From Candidatus Poribacteria bacterium (GTDB lineage Bacteria; Poribacteria; WGA-4E; PCPOR2b): 64,000 nt of DNA. The DNA lies in contig OZ220744.1 in the NCBI GenBank assembly GCA_965116925.1, positions 1,088,001 through 1,152,000 on the forward strand. The letters run 5' to 3'. The position numbers were made by a program, and so were the translations under genes. Below the pieces are notes generated by a model that saw only the letters and a program-made list of their open reading frames with translations, did no database searches and was not told where the DNA came from. Below, piece by piece: positions 39,044-48,954 of this stretch. The first letter of the stretch is position 1. Each line of letters starts with the position of its first letter.

Positions 39044-41593
39044 ATGCAAAGACATACTTATGACCCCGCAGCCATCGAACCAAAATGGCAAAACATTTGG
39101 GAGGAACGTAAGACGTTTCGTACACCTGACGATCCCAAAACGTGGGAAGGCAAACCGAAATATTATATCCTTGATATGTTTCCTTACACCTCCGGCGAAG
39201 GGCTTCATGTTGGGCATCCAAAAGGTTACACAGCTACCGATGTGCTAGCTCGTATGAGACGTATGCAGGGCTATAATGTACTGCACCCGATGGGTTGGGA
39301 TTCGTTTGGGCTAACCATCGAACGGACCGCCGAGCGAGAGAATATCCATCCTGCCATCGTCACGCAACGCAATATCGACAAATTTCGTCAGCAGATTAAA
39401 CAGATCGGCTTCTCGTACGATTGGGAGGCGGAAATAAGCACTTCTTCACTGGATTACTACAAATGGACGCAGTGGATTTTTCTCAAACTCCATGAGAAGG
39501 GATTAGCATACCTCGCCGATGTGCCTGTCAACTGGTGTCCGGCACTGGGCACGGTTCTGTCTAATGAAGAGGTCAAGGATGGAAAGTACGTTGAAACCGG
39601 CGATCCTGTTGAACGGAGGTTGATGCGGCAGTGGATGCTGAAGATTACTGCGTATGCTGACCGGCTCCTAGAGGATATTGAAGAAGTGGACTGGCCCGAA
39701 GGTATCAAGGAGATGCAGCGGAACTGGATTGGGAAGTCGGAGGGGGTAGACGTAGATTTTGCGATTAAAGACACCGATGCTTCATTTACTGTTTTCACAA
39801 CCCGACCGGATACACTGTTCGGCGCAACGTACTGCGTCTTTGCACCGGAGCATCCGCTAGTTGAACAGATCACGACCGATGAACACAGGGGCGTTGTGCA
39901 GGCTTACGTTGACGAAGCAAGGAACAAAACGGATCTGCAGCGGACAGATCTTGCCAAGGAAAAGACCGGCGTTTTTACAGGTGCTTATGCGATCAATCCC
40001 GCCAATGAAAAAGCAATCCCAATTTGGGTTGCCGATTACGTGCTGATGGGGTACGGTACGGGTGCAATCATGGCAGTGCCCGCTGAAGATGAGCGCGACT
40101 GGGAATTCGCCAAAACATTTAACCTGCCAATCGTCCGCACGGTGCAGCCGCCGAGTGATCACGGAGACGAACCGTACCTCGGCGATGGACCATCGATTAA
40201 TAGCGATTTCCTGAATGGGCTTAATATTCAGGATTCAAAAGCACGGATGACTGAATGGCTCGAAAGTAAAGAGAAGGGCAAAGCGCAGGTAGAGTATCGG
40301 TTACGCGATTGGCTTTTCTCGCGTCAACGTTACTGGGGAGAACCCTTCCCCACTGTGCAGTTGGAAGATGGTACAATTATGGTTGTACCTGAGAGCGAGC
40401 TTCCAGTAGAATTACCGCCTATTGATGAATATAAACCGACCCCTGATGGCAAACCGCCCCTCGCGCGTGCTTCGGATGACTGGCTGATGGTCGAACTGCC
40501 AGATGGGCGCAAAGGTGTGCGGGAAACAAATACAATGCCCCAGTGGGCGGGATCTTGCTGGTACTATCTGCGATATATGGATGCCCATAACGCAACCGAA
40601 GCGTGGTCTGCCGAAGCGGAGCGTTATTGGATGCCTGTGGATCTTTATGTCGGTGGGGCGGAACACGCTGTGCTGCATCTGCTCTATGCACGCTTTTGGC
40701 ACAAGGTGCTGTACGATTGTGGTCTTGTCTCCACAAAGGAGCCGTTCCAGAAACTCTTTAATCAGGGCATGATCCAGGCCTATTCCTATCAGGATGATAA
40801 TGGCAAATATTACTCACCGAGTGAAGTGGAGGAACGGGATGGAGAGTGGTTTGTCAAGGCATCTGGGGTGCGGACGAATACACAGAGTGAAAAGATGTCA
40901 AAATCACGTTTCAATGTCGTTACGCCGGAGGAAGTGATTGATGCGTATGGAGCGGATGCCCTGCGTCTCTATGAACTCTTTATTGGTCCCTTGAGCGTCA
41001 GTGCACCGTGGCAGACGCGGGGTGTGGAAGGCGTTTATCGATTCCTGCAGCGGGTGTGGCGTCTGGCAGTTGACGAGGACACTGGCGAACCGAATAGTAA
41101 ACTAACCGACGCGCCTGCCGATAGCGATCCGGATCTCTGGAAGGCGATAAACCAGGCTATCAAGGAAGTGACTGAAGATACGGAATCGATCGACAAAATG
41201 AATACCGCTATCAGCCACATGATGGTGTTCGTCAACGCGGCGACACAGGCGGCAACGGTGCCGAAAGAAACGGTGAAGACGTTCCTGCGGCTGCTGTCGC
41301 CCTACGCGCCACACATCGCTGAAGAGATTTGGGAGCGGCTTGGAGAAGCTGAGTTAATCGCTCATGCACCTTGGCCCAGCTATGATCCGGAGATCCTCAG
41401 GCGTGAGGAAGTTACCATCGTTGTCCAAGTCAACGGAAAATTACGCAGCCGAATCCAGCTTTCTGTCGATGCAAGCAGTGAGGAGGTTGAGGAAGCTGCC
41501 CTTGCTGATGAACGCATCCAGAAACATATTGAAGGCAAGACAGTGAGGAAGTTCATCGTTGTCCCCAACCGACTGGCGAATATTGTGGTTTGA
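39044..41593 (+). CDS. leuS: Leucine--tRNA ligase
   Basis: HVGH and KMSKS motifs, CP1 editing domain [29 protein letters not shown]-terminal VVQVNGKLR. Confidence 0.97.
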   Translation: MQRHTYDPAAIEPKWQNIWEERKTFRTPDDPKTWEGKPKYYILDMFPYTSGEGLHVGHPKGYTATDVLARMRRMQGYNVLHPMGWDSFGLTIERTAERENIHPAIVTQRNIDKFRQQIKQIGFSYDWEAEISTSSLDYYKWTQWIFLKLHEKGLAYLADVPVNWCPALGTVLSNEEVKDGKYVETGDPVERRLMRQWMLKITAYADRLLEDIEEVDWPEGIKEMQRNWIGKSEGVDVDFAIKDTDASFTVFTTRPDTLFGATYCVFAPEHPLVEQITTDEHRGVVQAYVDEARNKTDLQRTDLAKEKTGVFTGAYAINPANEKAIPIWVADYVLMGYGTGAIMAVPAEDERDWEFAKTFNLPIVRTVQPPSDHGDEPYLGDGPSINSDFLNGLNIQDSKARMTEWLESKEKGKAQVEYRLRDWLFSRQRYWGEPFPTVQLEDGTIMVVPESELPVELPPIDEYKPTPDGKPPLARASDDWLMVELPDGRKGVRETNTMPQWAGSCWYYLRYMDAHNATEAWSAEAERYWMPVDLYVGGAEHAVLHLLYARFWHKVLYDCGLVSTKEPFQKLFNQGMIQAYSYQDDNGKYYSPSEVEERDGEWFVKASGVRTNTQSEKMSKSRFNVVTPEEVIDAYGADALRLYELFIGPLSVSAPWQTRGVEGVYRFLQRVWRLAVDEDTGEPNSKLTDAPADSDPDLWKAINQAIKEVTEDTESIDKMNTAISHMMVFVNAATQAATVPKETVKTFLRLLSPYAPHIAEEIWERLGEAELIAHAPWPSYDPEILRREEVTIVVQVNGKLRSRIQLSVDASSEEVEEAALADERIQKHIEGKTVRKFIVVPNRLANIVV

Positions 41594-41686
41594 GTTAAGC
41601 CAACGCTTTAGAGATTTGACGTTAGGTTTGGAATGTAATCCTGGGAAAAGGAATAAGTAAAAACCTTTCGATATAGGAGGCGCACT

Positions 41687-42505
41687 ATGCTCACAGAGCA
41701 ACAGGTCAGTCACTTTAATACCTATGGATTCGTGATCTTCCGGCAGTTGTTCAATCCGGACGAGCTGAAAACCATGAATGCTGAGGTTGCGTTGAGGCTT
41801 TCGTCTACGAAACGGTATACGTCACCCGATGAGGGACCCGCATATATGAGTTGGCCCAACTTGGGACCCGAAACACCTTTCTTAGCTGGATTGCCGGAGG
41901 ACCCGCGCATCTGCGGCACAGCGGAGCAACTTTACGGGGAAGATGCCATTGGACTCTCTTGCAATGCCGGCAGCTTTGTGAACGAGACACACTGGCATCC
42001 TGATGCCTCTGATTTCCAATTACACGGTTTCAAATTTGCCATATATCTACAACCTTTGGTTGCGGACGACGGTGCGCTACGATTCATTCCGGGTTCGCAT
42101 CGAAGGCCCTTCCACGATGAGGTTCACCAGAATATAGGCGAATCTACGGCCGATGTCTGTGCTGTTCCAGCCTATAGCTGCGAGACGGAGCCGGGTGATG
42201 TGGTCGCCTTTGACTTTCATCTCTGGCATGCGAGTTGGGGCGGTTCTACAGATCGGCGGATGATTTCTATTATTTTCGTCAAGAATCCCCACAGCCCTGA
42301 AGAAGAGCAGGCGAGCCGAAAAGCGGCGGCGGAAAACGTCCAACTCAGGGCGACTCTGGCTCGGAATACCTTTGATATACCCGGCCCCGAATACCATCCA
42401 CACTGGCTCGAAAATCCCCGAAAAAGCCCCAAACGTCAACACTGGATAGATAGGATGGGGGAATTGGGCTATCTCAATACGCCTCAACCTGAACCGACGG
42501 CGTGA
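41687..42505 (+). CDS. PhyH family dioxygenase (tandem paralog 1)
   Basis: WHPD, IPGSH and WHASWGG motifs. Confidence 0.88.
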   Translation: MLTEQQVSHFNTYGFVIFRQLFNPDELKTMNAEVALRLSSTKRYTSPDEGPAYMSWPNLGPETPFLAGLPEDPRICGTAEQLYGEDAIGLSCNAGSFVNETHWHPDASDFQLHGFKFAIYLQPLVADDGALRFIPGSHRRPFHDEVHQNIGESTADVCAVPAYSCETEPGDVVAFDFHLWHASWGGSTDRRMISIIFVKNPHSPEEEQASRKAAAENVQLRATLARNTFDIPGPEYHPHWLENPRKSPKRQHWIDRMGELGYLNTPQPEPTA

Positions 42506-42618
42506 TAGATGTTGGTAGTGCGTGCGAGAACAAAAAAGGTAAGCGTTCAAGGAACAGAGATCGTTCTTCGTTTCCAATCTCAACGGTGCCCTAAAATCCT
42601 TGATACAGGAGATATACT

Positions 42619-43419
42619 ATGCTCACAGAACAACAGGTGAATCACTTTGATACCTTTGGCTTCCTGATCTTCCGTCAGTTGTTTAGCCCGGAAGAGATGA
42701 AAACCATCAACGCCGAGTTTGAACATGCTTTGACCGCTGCCTATCGCCACGCTCCATTTGATGGCACGTATAGACATTGGGTACGGACCATGGGACCTGA
42801 AACCCCATTCTTCAGCGGGCTACTTGAGGATCCCCGCTTTTATGAACCGACAGAACAGCTGTATGGTGAGGATGCTCTTGGTATCGTTTCCGATGCCAAT
42901 CGCTATGTCGGTCATACGCGCTGGCATCCTGACCATTATGTAGATCCGACCGAGGATTGCTACGGTGTCAAATTTGCATACTACCTTGAGCCGGTCGGGG
43001 CAGAAACCGGCGCATTGCGCCTGATTCCGGGGTCACACAAGAATCCACTACACAGCGAGCTGCGAAACAATCTAGACAGCTATGGACTCGAGATTTGTGA
43101 TGTCCCAGCTTACATCTGTGAATCGGAACCGGGCGATGTCGTTGCATTTGATGTGCGTTGTTGGCATGCGAGTTGGGGCGGTGCGATCGACCGCCGGATG
43201 TGTACAGTTGTTTATTATAAAAATCCCGAAGGACCCGAAGAGGAGGCCGCAACCCGAAAGCGAGCCTCCAACAGTGTGAAAGAACCGAATAATTCTGGGC
43301 TGCCGTTTGAGACCCACCGTGATATCATGAGCTATTGGGCTGCCAATCGTGAAGGCAGCGAAAAACGTCAACGCTGGATTGATCGAGAACGAGAACTCGG
43401 CTTTCTCGATTATCTCTAG
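42619..43419 (+). CDS. PhyH family dioxygenase (tandem paralog 2)
   Basis: WHPD, IPGSH, WHASWGG; same N-terminus MLTEQQV as its neighbour. Confidence 0.88.
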   Translation: MLTEQQVNHFDTFGFLIFRQLFSPEEMKTINAEFEHALTAAYRHAPFDGTYRHWVRTMGPETPFFSGLLEDPRFYEPTEQLYGEDALGIVSDANRYVGHTRWHPDHYVDPTEDCYGVKFAYYLEPVGAETGALRLIPGSHKNPLHSELRNNLDSYGLEICDVPAYICESEPGDVVAFDVRCWHASWGGAIDRRMCTVVYYKNPEGPEEEAATRKRASNSVKEPNNSGLPFETHRDIMSYWAANREGSEKRQRWIDRERELGFLDYL

Positions 43420-43493
43420 TTGTGAGAAATTTGGATGTGACTTGCCACAAGCTACACAGCACCTTCCACCCCTAGGGGAGACTGCATACAAGG

Positions 43494-45758
43494 ATGAAAC
43501 CGTTTCTCGAAACGCTGCCTCCTGAGGTAGACACCAAACTCCAAAATATAAAACCCCCAGAAGAACAAACACACATTCAAGTGGCTACCGATCTAATTGG
43601 TGACGGATCTTTTGGGGAACAGTGGCTGGTGGTAACCGACGAACGCTTGTTCGTTATCCCTACGGAGGGAGCTGACGGCGTTGTGGAAGTGCCGCTCAAA
43701 GTCATCACAGAAACAAAGATTGAGGAGTTGATCGGTGCCGGTCGCTTGGAGGTGGAACATGGAAGGGGTGAACCTACCTATCTATACTACTCTAACTCGT
43801 TGAGTCCCAAGTTTGCTGAGGTCGCCGAAGCGATCAAACAGCTCACCAAGGGGGAACCGCCTACGCTGCCGACGGAGATGGAACGCTCGCGGTGTGATAC
43901 GTGCGGACGGCTGCTGCCGGAGAAAGATGGTATCTGCCTCGCTTGCGTGAAGACATGGGATACAATGAAGCGAATCCTGAGTTACTTGGCTCCGTACCGA
44001 TCCCAGGTCGTCATCCTCATGATCTTCGTTGCGGCGAGCCCCTTAATCAGCCTATATTCACCGCTGATTGTTCGGGATATGATCGATCAGGTTCTCACGC
44101 CGCTGGCAGACTCCGCTCTCACACTAACCGAAGGCTTTGAGATGCTGAGATTGCCAATAGCAAAGCTCTTCGGGATCCTCTTTGCGACTTTCCTTTTTGA
44201 GGTTATAGGTGGCTTACTGAGGTCCGATGTTTCCAGCCGAACCTGCAAAGATATCCGAACGCAGCTCTTTCAGCACGTCCAGTATATGCCGCTGCGATTC
44301 TACAGCAAACGGCAGCTAGGTAACCTAATCTCTAGATTTACCAATGATGCTGATCGGCTGGAGATGTTTTTGGTTTTTGGCCTGCCCTTCATGTTGCGCA
44401 ACGTGCTGATGTTGATAGGTACTTTCGTAGTGTGTCTCTATTTGAGTTGGAAGTTAACTATCTGTGCGCTAATCCCGGTGCCGTTGATTGTGTTTGGAGG
44501 TGTGCTAATCTGGAGGCGCATGCGGCGTATCTGGCCCCGTTGGCACGCTAAATGGTCACAGCTATCTTCGCACCTGAATGAGTCTATCTCCGGCATCCGA
44601 GTCGTAAAAGCCTTCGCACAGGAGGAGCGGGAGGCGATGCGGTTCAATGCGCGGAATGAGGAACTCTGGTCTGTGAGTGTTACCGGTGAACGAAACTGGC
44701 ACATCTTTTATGCTGTGATGAATTTCGTCCTCAGCTTCGGGATGTTCTTCATTTGGTACTTTGGCGGACTGGATATTATACACGAGGTACTCACATTCGG
44801 CACACTCCTAGCGTTCACCCGTTATTTCTATCAACTTTATCAACCTTTGCAGTTCTTCAGTCAAATCAATAACTTTATGTCCCGTGCATTCGCCGGTGCC
44901 GAGCGGATTTTCGAGATTCTGGATACACGGTCTGAGTTGGCTGAGGATCCAGAAGCGACCCCGATGCCCCAAATGGAAGGGCGGGTGGCGTTTAAGGACG
45001 TTACATTCGGCTATGATCCGGGCAAACCGGTGCTCAACGATATTAACATTGATGTAAAACCGGGCGAGATGATCGGTCTAGTGGGCAAATCTGGGGTGGG
45101 AAAAAGCACTATGATTAACCTGATTTGTCGGTTTTATGATGTGAATCGTGGGCATTTGGATATTGATGGTGTGGATATCCGGAAGATTCGTTTGGAGGAT
45201 CTACGCCGTCATATCGGCATGGTCCATCAAGACGTTTTTCTTTTCGACGGCACAATCGCTGAAAACATCGGTTACGGTAAGCCGGAGGCGACCTTGGATG
45301 AGATCGTCAACGCGGCGATTGCGGCAGAAGCGCATGAGTTCATCGCTGCCAAACCGGATGGATATGACACAAAGGTGGGGGAGCGCGGGGGACAACTCTC
45401 CGGCGGCGAAAAGCAGCGGATCGCCATCGCCCGAGCGATTCTGCACGACCCGAAGATCCTGATCCTTGACGAGGCGACCTCCTCCCTTGACAGTGCCACG
45501 GAGAAAAAGATTCAGGCAGCCATCGCCCGGCTAGTCAAAGGAAGAACAACCTTTGCGATTGCACACAGGCTCTCTACCCTGCGCAACGCGGATCGGCTCG
45601 TTGTGTTGGATGACGGTAAGGTTGCAGAGGTGGGTACACACGAAGAACTGATGGATCGGAAGGGAATTTTTTATAACCTTGTCCATACGCAGCAGCAAAC
45701 ATCGGCGATCATAGCGGTCGGCGGTGGCAGAGATGACCCCTCCCAAGGCAGGAGATAG
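43494..45758 (+). CDS. ABC exporter, fused permease/ATPase with N-terminal extension
   Basis: GKSGVGKS, LSGGEKQR, ILDEATS and AHRLST motifs; TM domain; N-terminal CxxC..CxxC. Confidence 0.92.
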   Translation: MKPFLETLPPEVDTKLQNIKPPEEQTHIQVATDLIGDGSFGEQWLVVTDERLFVIPTEGADGVVEVPLKVITETKIEELIGAGRLEVEHGRGEPTYLYYSNSLSPKFAEVAEAIKQLTKGEPPTLPTEMERSRCDTCGRLLPEKDGICLACVKTWDTMKRILSYLAPYRSQVVILMIFVAASPLISLYSPLIVRDMIDQVLTPLADSALTLTEGFEMLRLPIAKLFGILFATFLFEVIGGLLRSDVSSRTCKDIRTQLFQHVQYMPLRFYSKRQLGNLISRFTNDADRLEMFLVFGLPFMLRNVLMLIGTFVVCLYLSWKLTICALIPVPLIVFGGVLIWRRMRRIWPRWHAKWSQLSSHLNESISGIRVVKAFAQEEREAMRFNARNEELWSVSVTGERNWHIFYAVMNFVLSFGMFFIWYFGGLDIIHEVLTFGTLLAFTRYFYQLYQPLQFFSQINNFMSRAFAGAERIFEILDTRSELAEDPEATPMPQMEGRVAFKDVTFGYDPGKPVLNDINIDVKPGEMIGLVGKSGVGKSTMINLICRFYDVNRGHLDIDGVDIRKIRLEDLRRHIGMVHQDVFLFDGTIAENIGYGKPEATLDEIVNAAIAAEAHEFIAAKPDGYDTKVGERGGQLSGGEKQRIAIARAILHDPKILILDEATSSLDSATEKKIQAAIARLVKGRTTFAIAHRLSTLRNADRLVVLDDGKVAEVGTHEELMDRKGIFYNLVHTQQQTSAIIAVGGGRDDPSQGRR

Positions 45759-45780
45759 CACCGAACTTAAGCTGCTTGTC

Positions 45781-45976
45781 GTAGGCATATTCTGTATACC
45801 ATAATCTATACACCCGTGGGTCGTGCATCTTGCCCGCCTCTAACGATCCAGCGTGATTAATTCGTAGGGAACGCAGATCTGCGTTCCGTTTTTTTACGAA
45901 TTACGGATTATGCCTCACTAGTAGATTAGGTTGGAAAGGAACCTTGAACCCAGCACCCACGTTTCACGCATCACGT
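45781..45976. repeat. Cluster of REP-like and heptamer repeats between convergent genes
   Basis: GTAGGGAACGCAGATCTGCGTTCC at 45864-45887, degenerate hairpins near 45816 and 45927, cacgtttcacgcatcacgtt near 45958. Confidence 0.65.
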
Positions 45977-46873
45977 TCCTAAGACGTGCCGCAAGGCGCC
46001 CTCAAGTTCGGGATACTGAAACGTATAGCCGGTTTCCAAGAGACGGACAGGCTCCACGCGAGTGCTCGAAAGAAAAAGCTCATTCGCCATCTCCCCTCCG
46101 AACATGAGGCGAAGCCCAAAACTCGGCAACGGAAAAAAGGTTGGACGCCTCAGAACGCGTCCGAGTGCTTTCGTAAACTCACGGTTGGTGACCGGGTGGG
46201 GAGCGACGTTGTTGACTGGTCCCTGTAGACTATCCGTCATCAGTGTGTGGTGGATAGCAGCCACAGCATCATCTAACGTGATCCAACTCATATACTGTCG
46301 TCCATTGCCCAATGTCCCACCAACTCCCATTTTGAAGGGCGGCAGCATCTTTTGCAACGGTCCCCCGGCCAGACTCAGGACGATGCCCATTCGGAGGTTG
46401 ACGACGCGGATTTCGGTCTGACCGATGAACTCTGTGGCGATTTCCCACTCTCTGCACACGTCCGCTAAGAACCCCGCACCCGACTCACTTGCCTCATTCA
46501 TGGTTTCTGTACCACGGCTGCCGTAGTAGCCGATAGCCGATGCACAGACCAAGACCTGCGGCGGTTGGTTGAGGTTCGCGAGCGATTCGCAGAGCAACCG
46601 GGTCCCCTTGACGCGACTGTCAAAGATCCGTGCTTTTCTGTTGCGAGTCCATCTGCCTGAACCGATGTTCTCCCCAGCGAGGTGCACCACCGCATCCATT
46701 CCTTCTATACCGACGGTATCAATCCGTTCTGATTCTGGATCCCAGTGGACTTCCGATCCATCCGATTTCGGCGCAGATCTAACCAACCGGACGGTATCAT
46801 GCCCCGCATCGGTGAGCAACGTAACCAGGGCAGATCCAATGAGACCCGTTGAGCCACTGATGAGAACTTTCAT
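45971..46873 (-). CDS. TIGR01777 family NAD-dependent epimerase (YfcH-like)
   Basis: SGSTGLIG, HLAGENI, ASAIGYYG, GFLADVCREWE and GPVN motifs. Confidence 0.92.
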   Translation of the reverse strand: MKVLISGSTGLIGSALVTLLTDAGHDTVRLVRSAPKSDGSEVHWDPESERIDTVGIEGMDAVVHLAGENIGSGRWTRNRKARIFDSRVKGTRLLCESLANLNQPPQVLVCASAIGYYGSRGTETMNEASESGAGFLADVCREWEIATEFIGQTEIRVVNLRMGIVLSLAGGPLQKMLPPFKMGVGGTLGNGRQYMSWITLDDAVAAIHHTLMTDSLQGPVNNVAPHPVTNREFTKALGRVLRRPTFFPLPSFGLRLMFGGEMANELFLSSTRVEPVRLLETGYTFQYPELEGALRHVLGT

Positions 46874-46936
46874 ACTGTTTTCCTCCATCAAGGGATAGAA
46901 CGTGGAGGCAACCGTTCAGATTACATTTCTTGGCTT

Positions 46937-48112
46937 TTATTTCGCGGTTTGGAAGGGTTCCCACGCTTCGCCTGCCGCTGCGGCTTGGCGTTCAAGTTCG
47001 GTGCGCCAACCAATAACCTCCCCGGCTTTAATCCGATTGATGTCGAAGCCCGGATACCGATCCTCAAGCGTGTCGCCTAACTTCTGTGTTTCCGCCCAAC
47101 GGTCCCAAGTGGTCTTCATCCATTCGTGCGGCAATGCTTCGCGCACAGCGGGATCGAGCTGCCACGCATTTCGCACGTCCGCCACCGATGGCTCTTCTGT
47201 GGACTCGCCCGACCATTTCGACCAACCGATTGATAACGTGTTCCGTTCACGTTCGGGGACAGCATGCCCCGTGTGAATCGTCGCACCGTTGCGAATGAGT
47301 GCTTGCCCCGGTTTGAGTCTTATTGCGACTTGCCCCGGCAACGGGTCTTTCCCGTTCCAACTCGGTGTGTGCGGCACACCTGCATCCTTCATCGCTTGCG
47401 GCAGCAAGACATCGTGTTCATACGGCGTGCGCCATCGCGTGTGGCTGCCCGGTATCAGTTCGTGGCATTCGTCGTCCACCAACGCCAAGAACATACTTAC
47501 GCCGTTCCGTTCTGTGACAGACTTCTCATTGTTCTCTTGAATCTCTTTCCAGCGGATTCTTTCAGTTTCCTCGGAGTACGCTTCGGGTCCATCGCCTCGG
47601 ACCTCGCGTTGGGCAAAGTATGACTTCCCGGTGCCCCACCATGTTACGTCTCGATGCCAACTCGGTCCATTCTCACGCAGGCGGGGGTTGCACCATAGCA
47701 GCATTCCTCCCATCACCATATCTTCGGGTCCGAGCCCATCACACCAAGAGGAGACGAAATTGAGGAACTCTGGAGATCCGTGGAACTCGGCAAAGCTCGG
47801 TTCCTTGAAAGCGGGATGGATGAGTCCCCGAATCGCCCACGGTTCATCGTCACCTGTGCGGTGCACGTAGGCTTTGGAACAGTCGATTACGCTGTAGCCG
47901 TTGGCAGGGGCGCACGCTTCAGTGATGCGGCGACCTGCGTCACGCAGAATCGGGATCCACGGGCTATCTTCAAAGTCGTTGATAATAAGGAAACCGTGTT
48001 CTTTCAGATGTTCCAGACGTTCGGGTGTGGCTCCGGGGGCGGAAAGTTCGGGTTTGAAATCGGCAAAGTCGGTTGCACGATAGGGTTTCGCTGCTGATTG
48101 ATCTGTACTCAT
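46937..48112 (-). CDS. PhyH-like dioxygenase with extensions
   Basis: WHRD, IPGSH and TIHTG motifs. Confidence 0.78.
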   Translation of the reverse strand: MSTDQSAAKPYRATDFADFKPELSAPGATPERLEHLKEHGFLIINDFEDSPWIPILRDAGRRITEACAPANGYSVIDCSKAYVHRTGDDEPWAIRGLIHPAFKEPSFAEFHGSPEFLNFVSSWCDGLGPEDMVMGGMLLWCNPRLRENGPSWHRDVTWWGTGKSYFAQREVRGDGPEAYSEETERIRWKEIQENNEKSVTERNGVSMFLALVDDECHELIPGSHTRWRTPYEHDVLLPQAMKDAGVPHTPSWNGKDPLPGQVAIRLKPGQALIRNGATIHTGHAVPERERNTLSIGWSKWSGESTEEPSVADVRNAWQLDPAVREALPHEWMKTTWDRWAETQKLGDTLEDRYPGFDINRIKAGEVIGWRTELERQAAAAGEAWEPFQTAK

Positions 48113-48178
48113 TGTCGGTCCTCCTTATTCGGTTAAAGGCGGGGTCAATCGGGGCGGATTGCTTGGTGTTTCATGGGG

Positions 48179-48207
48179 ATTATGGCATGAAATCATAAAT
48201 TTGTCAA
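48179..48207 (-). promoter_or_regulatory. Sigma70 promoter for 46937-48112
   Basis: Reverse strand TTGACA-17 nt-CATAAT. Confidence 0.6.
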
Positions 48208-48324
48208 GAATTTTGCTGTGGCGGACGATCCTCGCATTGTCCGAGTCGCGGATTATCACAGATTTAGAAAAATTCGGCAATGGGGATAGTCTAGAATCTA
48301 TTAAAAGAAAACGACCCTGATCCT

Positions 48325-48348
48325 GTAGGCGGGGCATCTTGCCCCGCC
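48325..48348 (+). repeat. GTAG-REP hairpin
   Basis: GTAGGCGGGGCATCTTGCCCCGCC with a 9-bp perfect stem. Confidence 0.65.
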
Positions 48349-48450
48349 ATGATTACGCTAATATGCCAATTCAAACAGCAGGATATTAGTTAGGACTTAC
48401 GCAGTTAAAAGATGAGGGATTAAGGTAACATGAGTGAGATTAAAAAGGTC

Positions 48451-48580
48451 GCTCATGTTAAGATTTAGTGCAAAGAAACCGAATATTCGTAGGGGTTGGG
48501 TCCCCCAACCCTTACGGCGGGCGGGGAGACCCCGCCCCTACGATTTCGCTTCGTGTTTTGCACTTTCTTTTTACATGAGC
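48451..48580 (+). mobile_element. 130-bp MITE-like element family A, copy 2
   Basis: Identical to 21891-22020, with the same flanking TC and CT dinucleotides. Confidence 0.85.
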
Positions 48581-48582
48581 CT

Positions 48583-48819
48583 CTAATGTTTACCTCGACG
48601 CTTCCTTTCAACGGCTGAGAGCAGTTCGTCGATTATTTTTTTATCCTTTGTCAATTCCCCATTTGGCAGCTCGTAGTAGATGTACCCATTAAAAGAGTAG
48701 ACATTTGGGATGCCTTTTTTTCGATTCTCCTCCTGTGCCCTTTTGGCAGCACGATTGGCAATTCGCAGGAATTCCAGTGTTTGCTTGTAGATCTCAGGAC
48801 TTAATTCGTCTTGATTCAT
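48583..48819 (-). CDS. Small hypothetical protein (resembles partners of zeta-toxin-like ATPases)
   Basis: 78 aa, GGAGG RBS, pattern NRAAKRAQEENRKKGIPNVYS..G.IYYE.PNGE. Confidence 0.55.
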   Translation of the reverse strand: MNQDELSPEIYKQTLEFLRIANRAAKRAQEENRKKGIPNVYSFNGYIYYELPNGELTKDKKIIDELLSAVERKRRGKH

Positions 48820-48954
48820 TGTGTGCCTCCATTGCTAAAGAAAAAATCAGTTCTTCTAAGATAGACGGCAACTTGCGATATTATATCCGATTCTAGTAAA
48901 GCCTTCAATCGAAAACTGAGAGCAGTCGCGCCTTGGGCTTTGCACTTTCCACCA

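Noticed and set aside
13941..45887. 28-bp palindromic repeats as a possible CRISPR array
   Set aside because: The copies are dispersed more than 12 kb apart, with no spacer periodicity and no cas genes.
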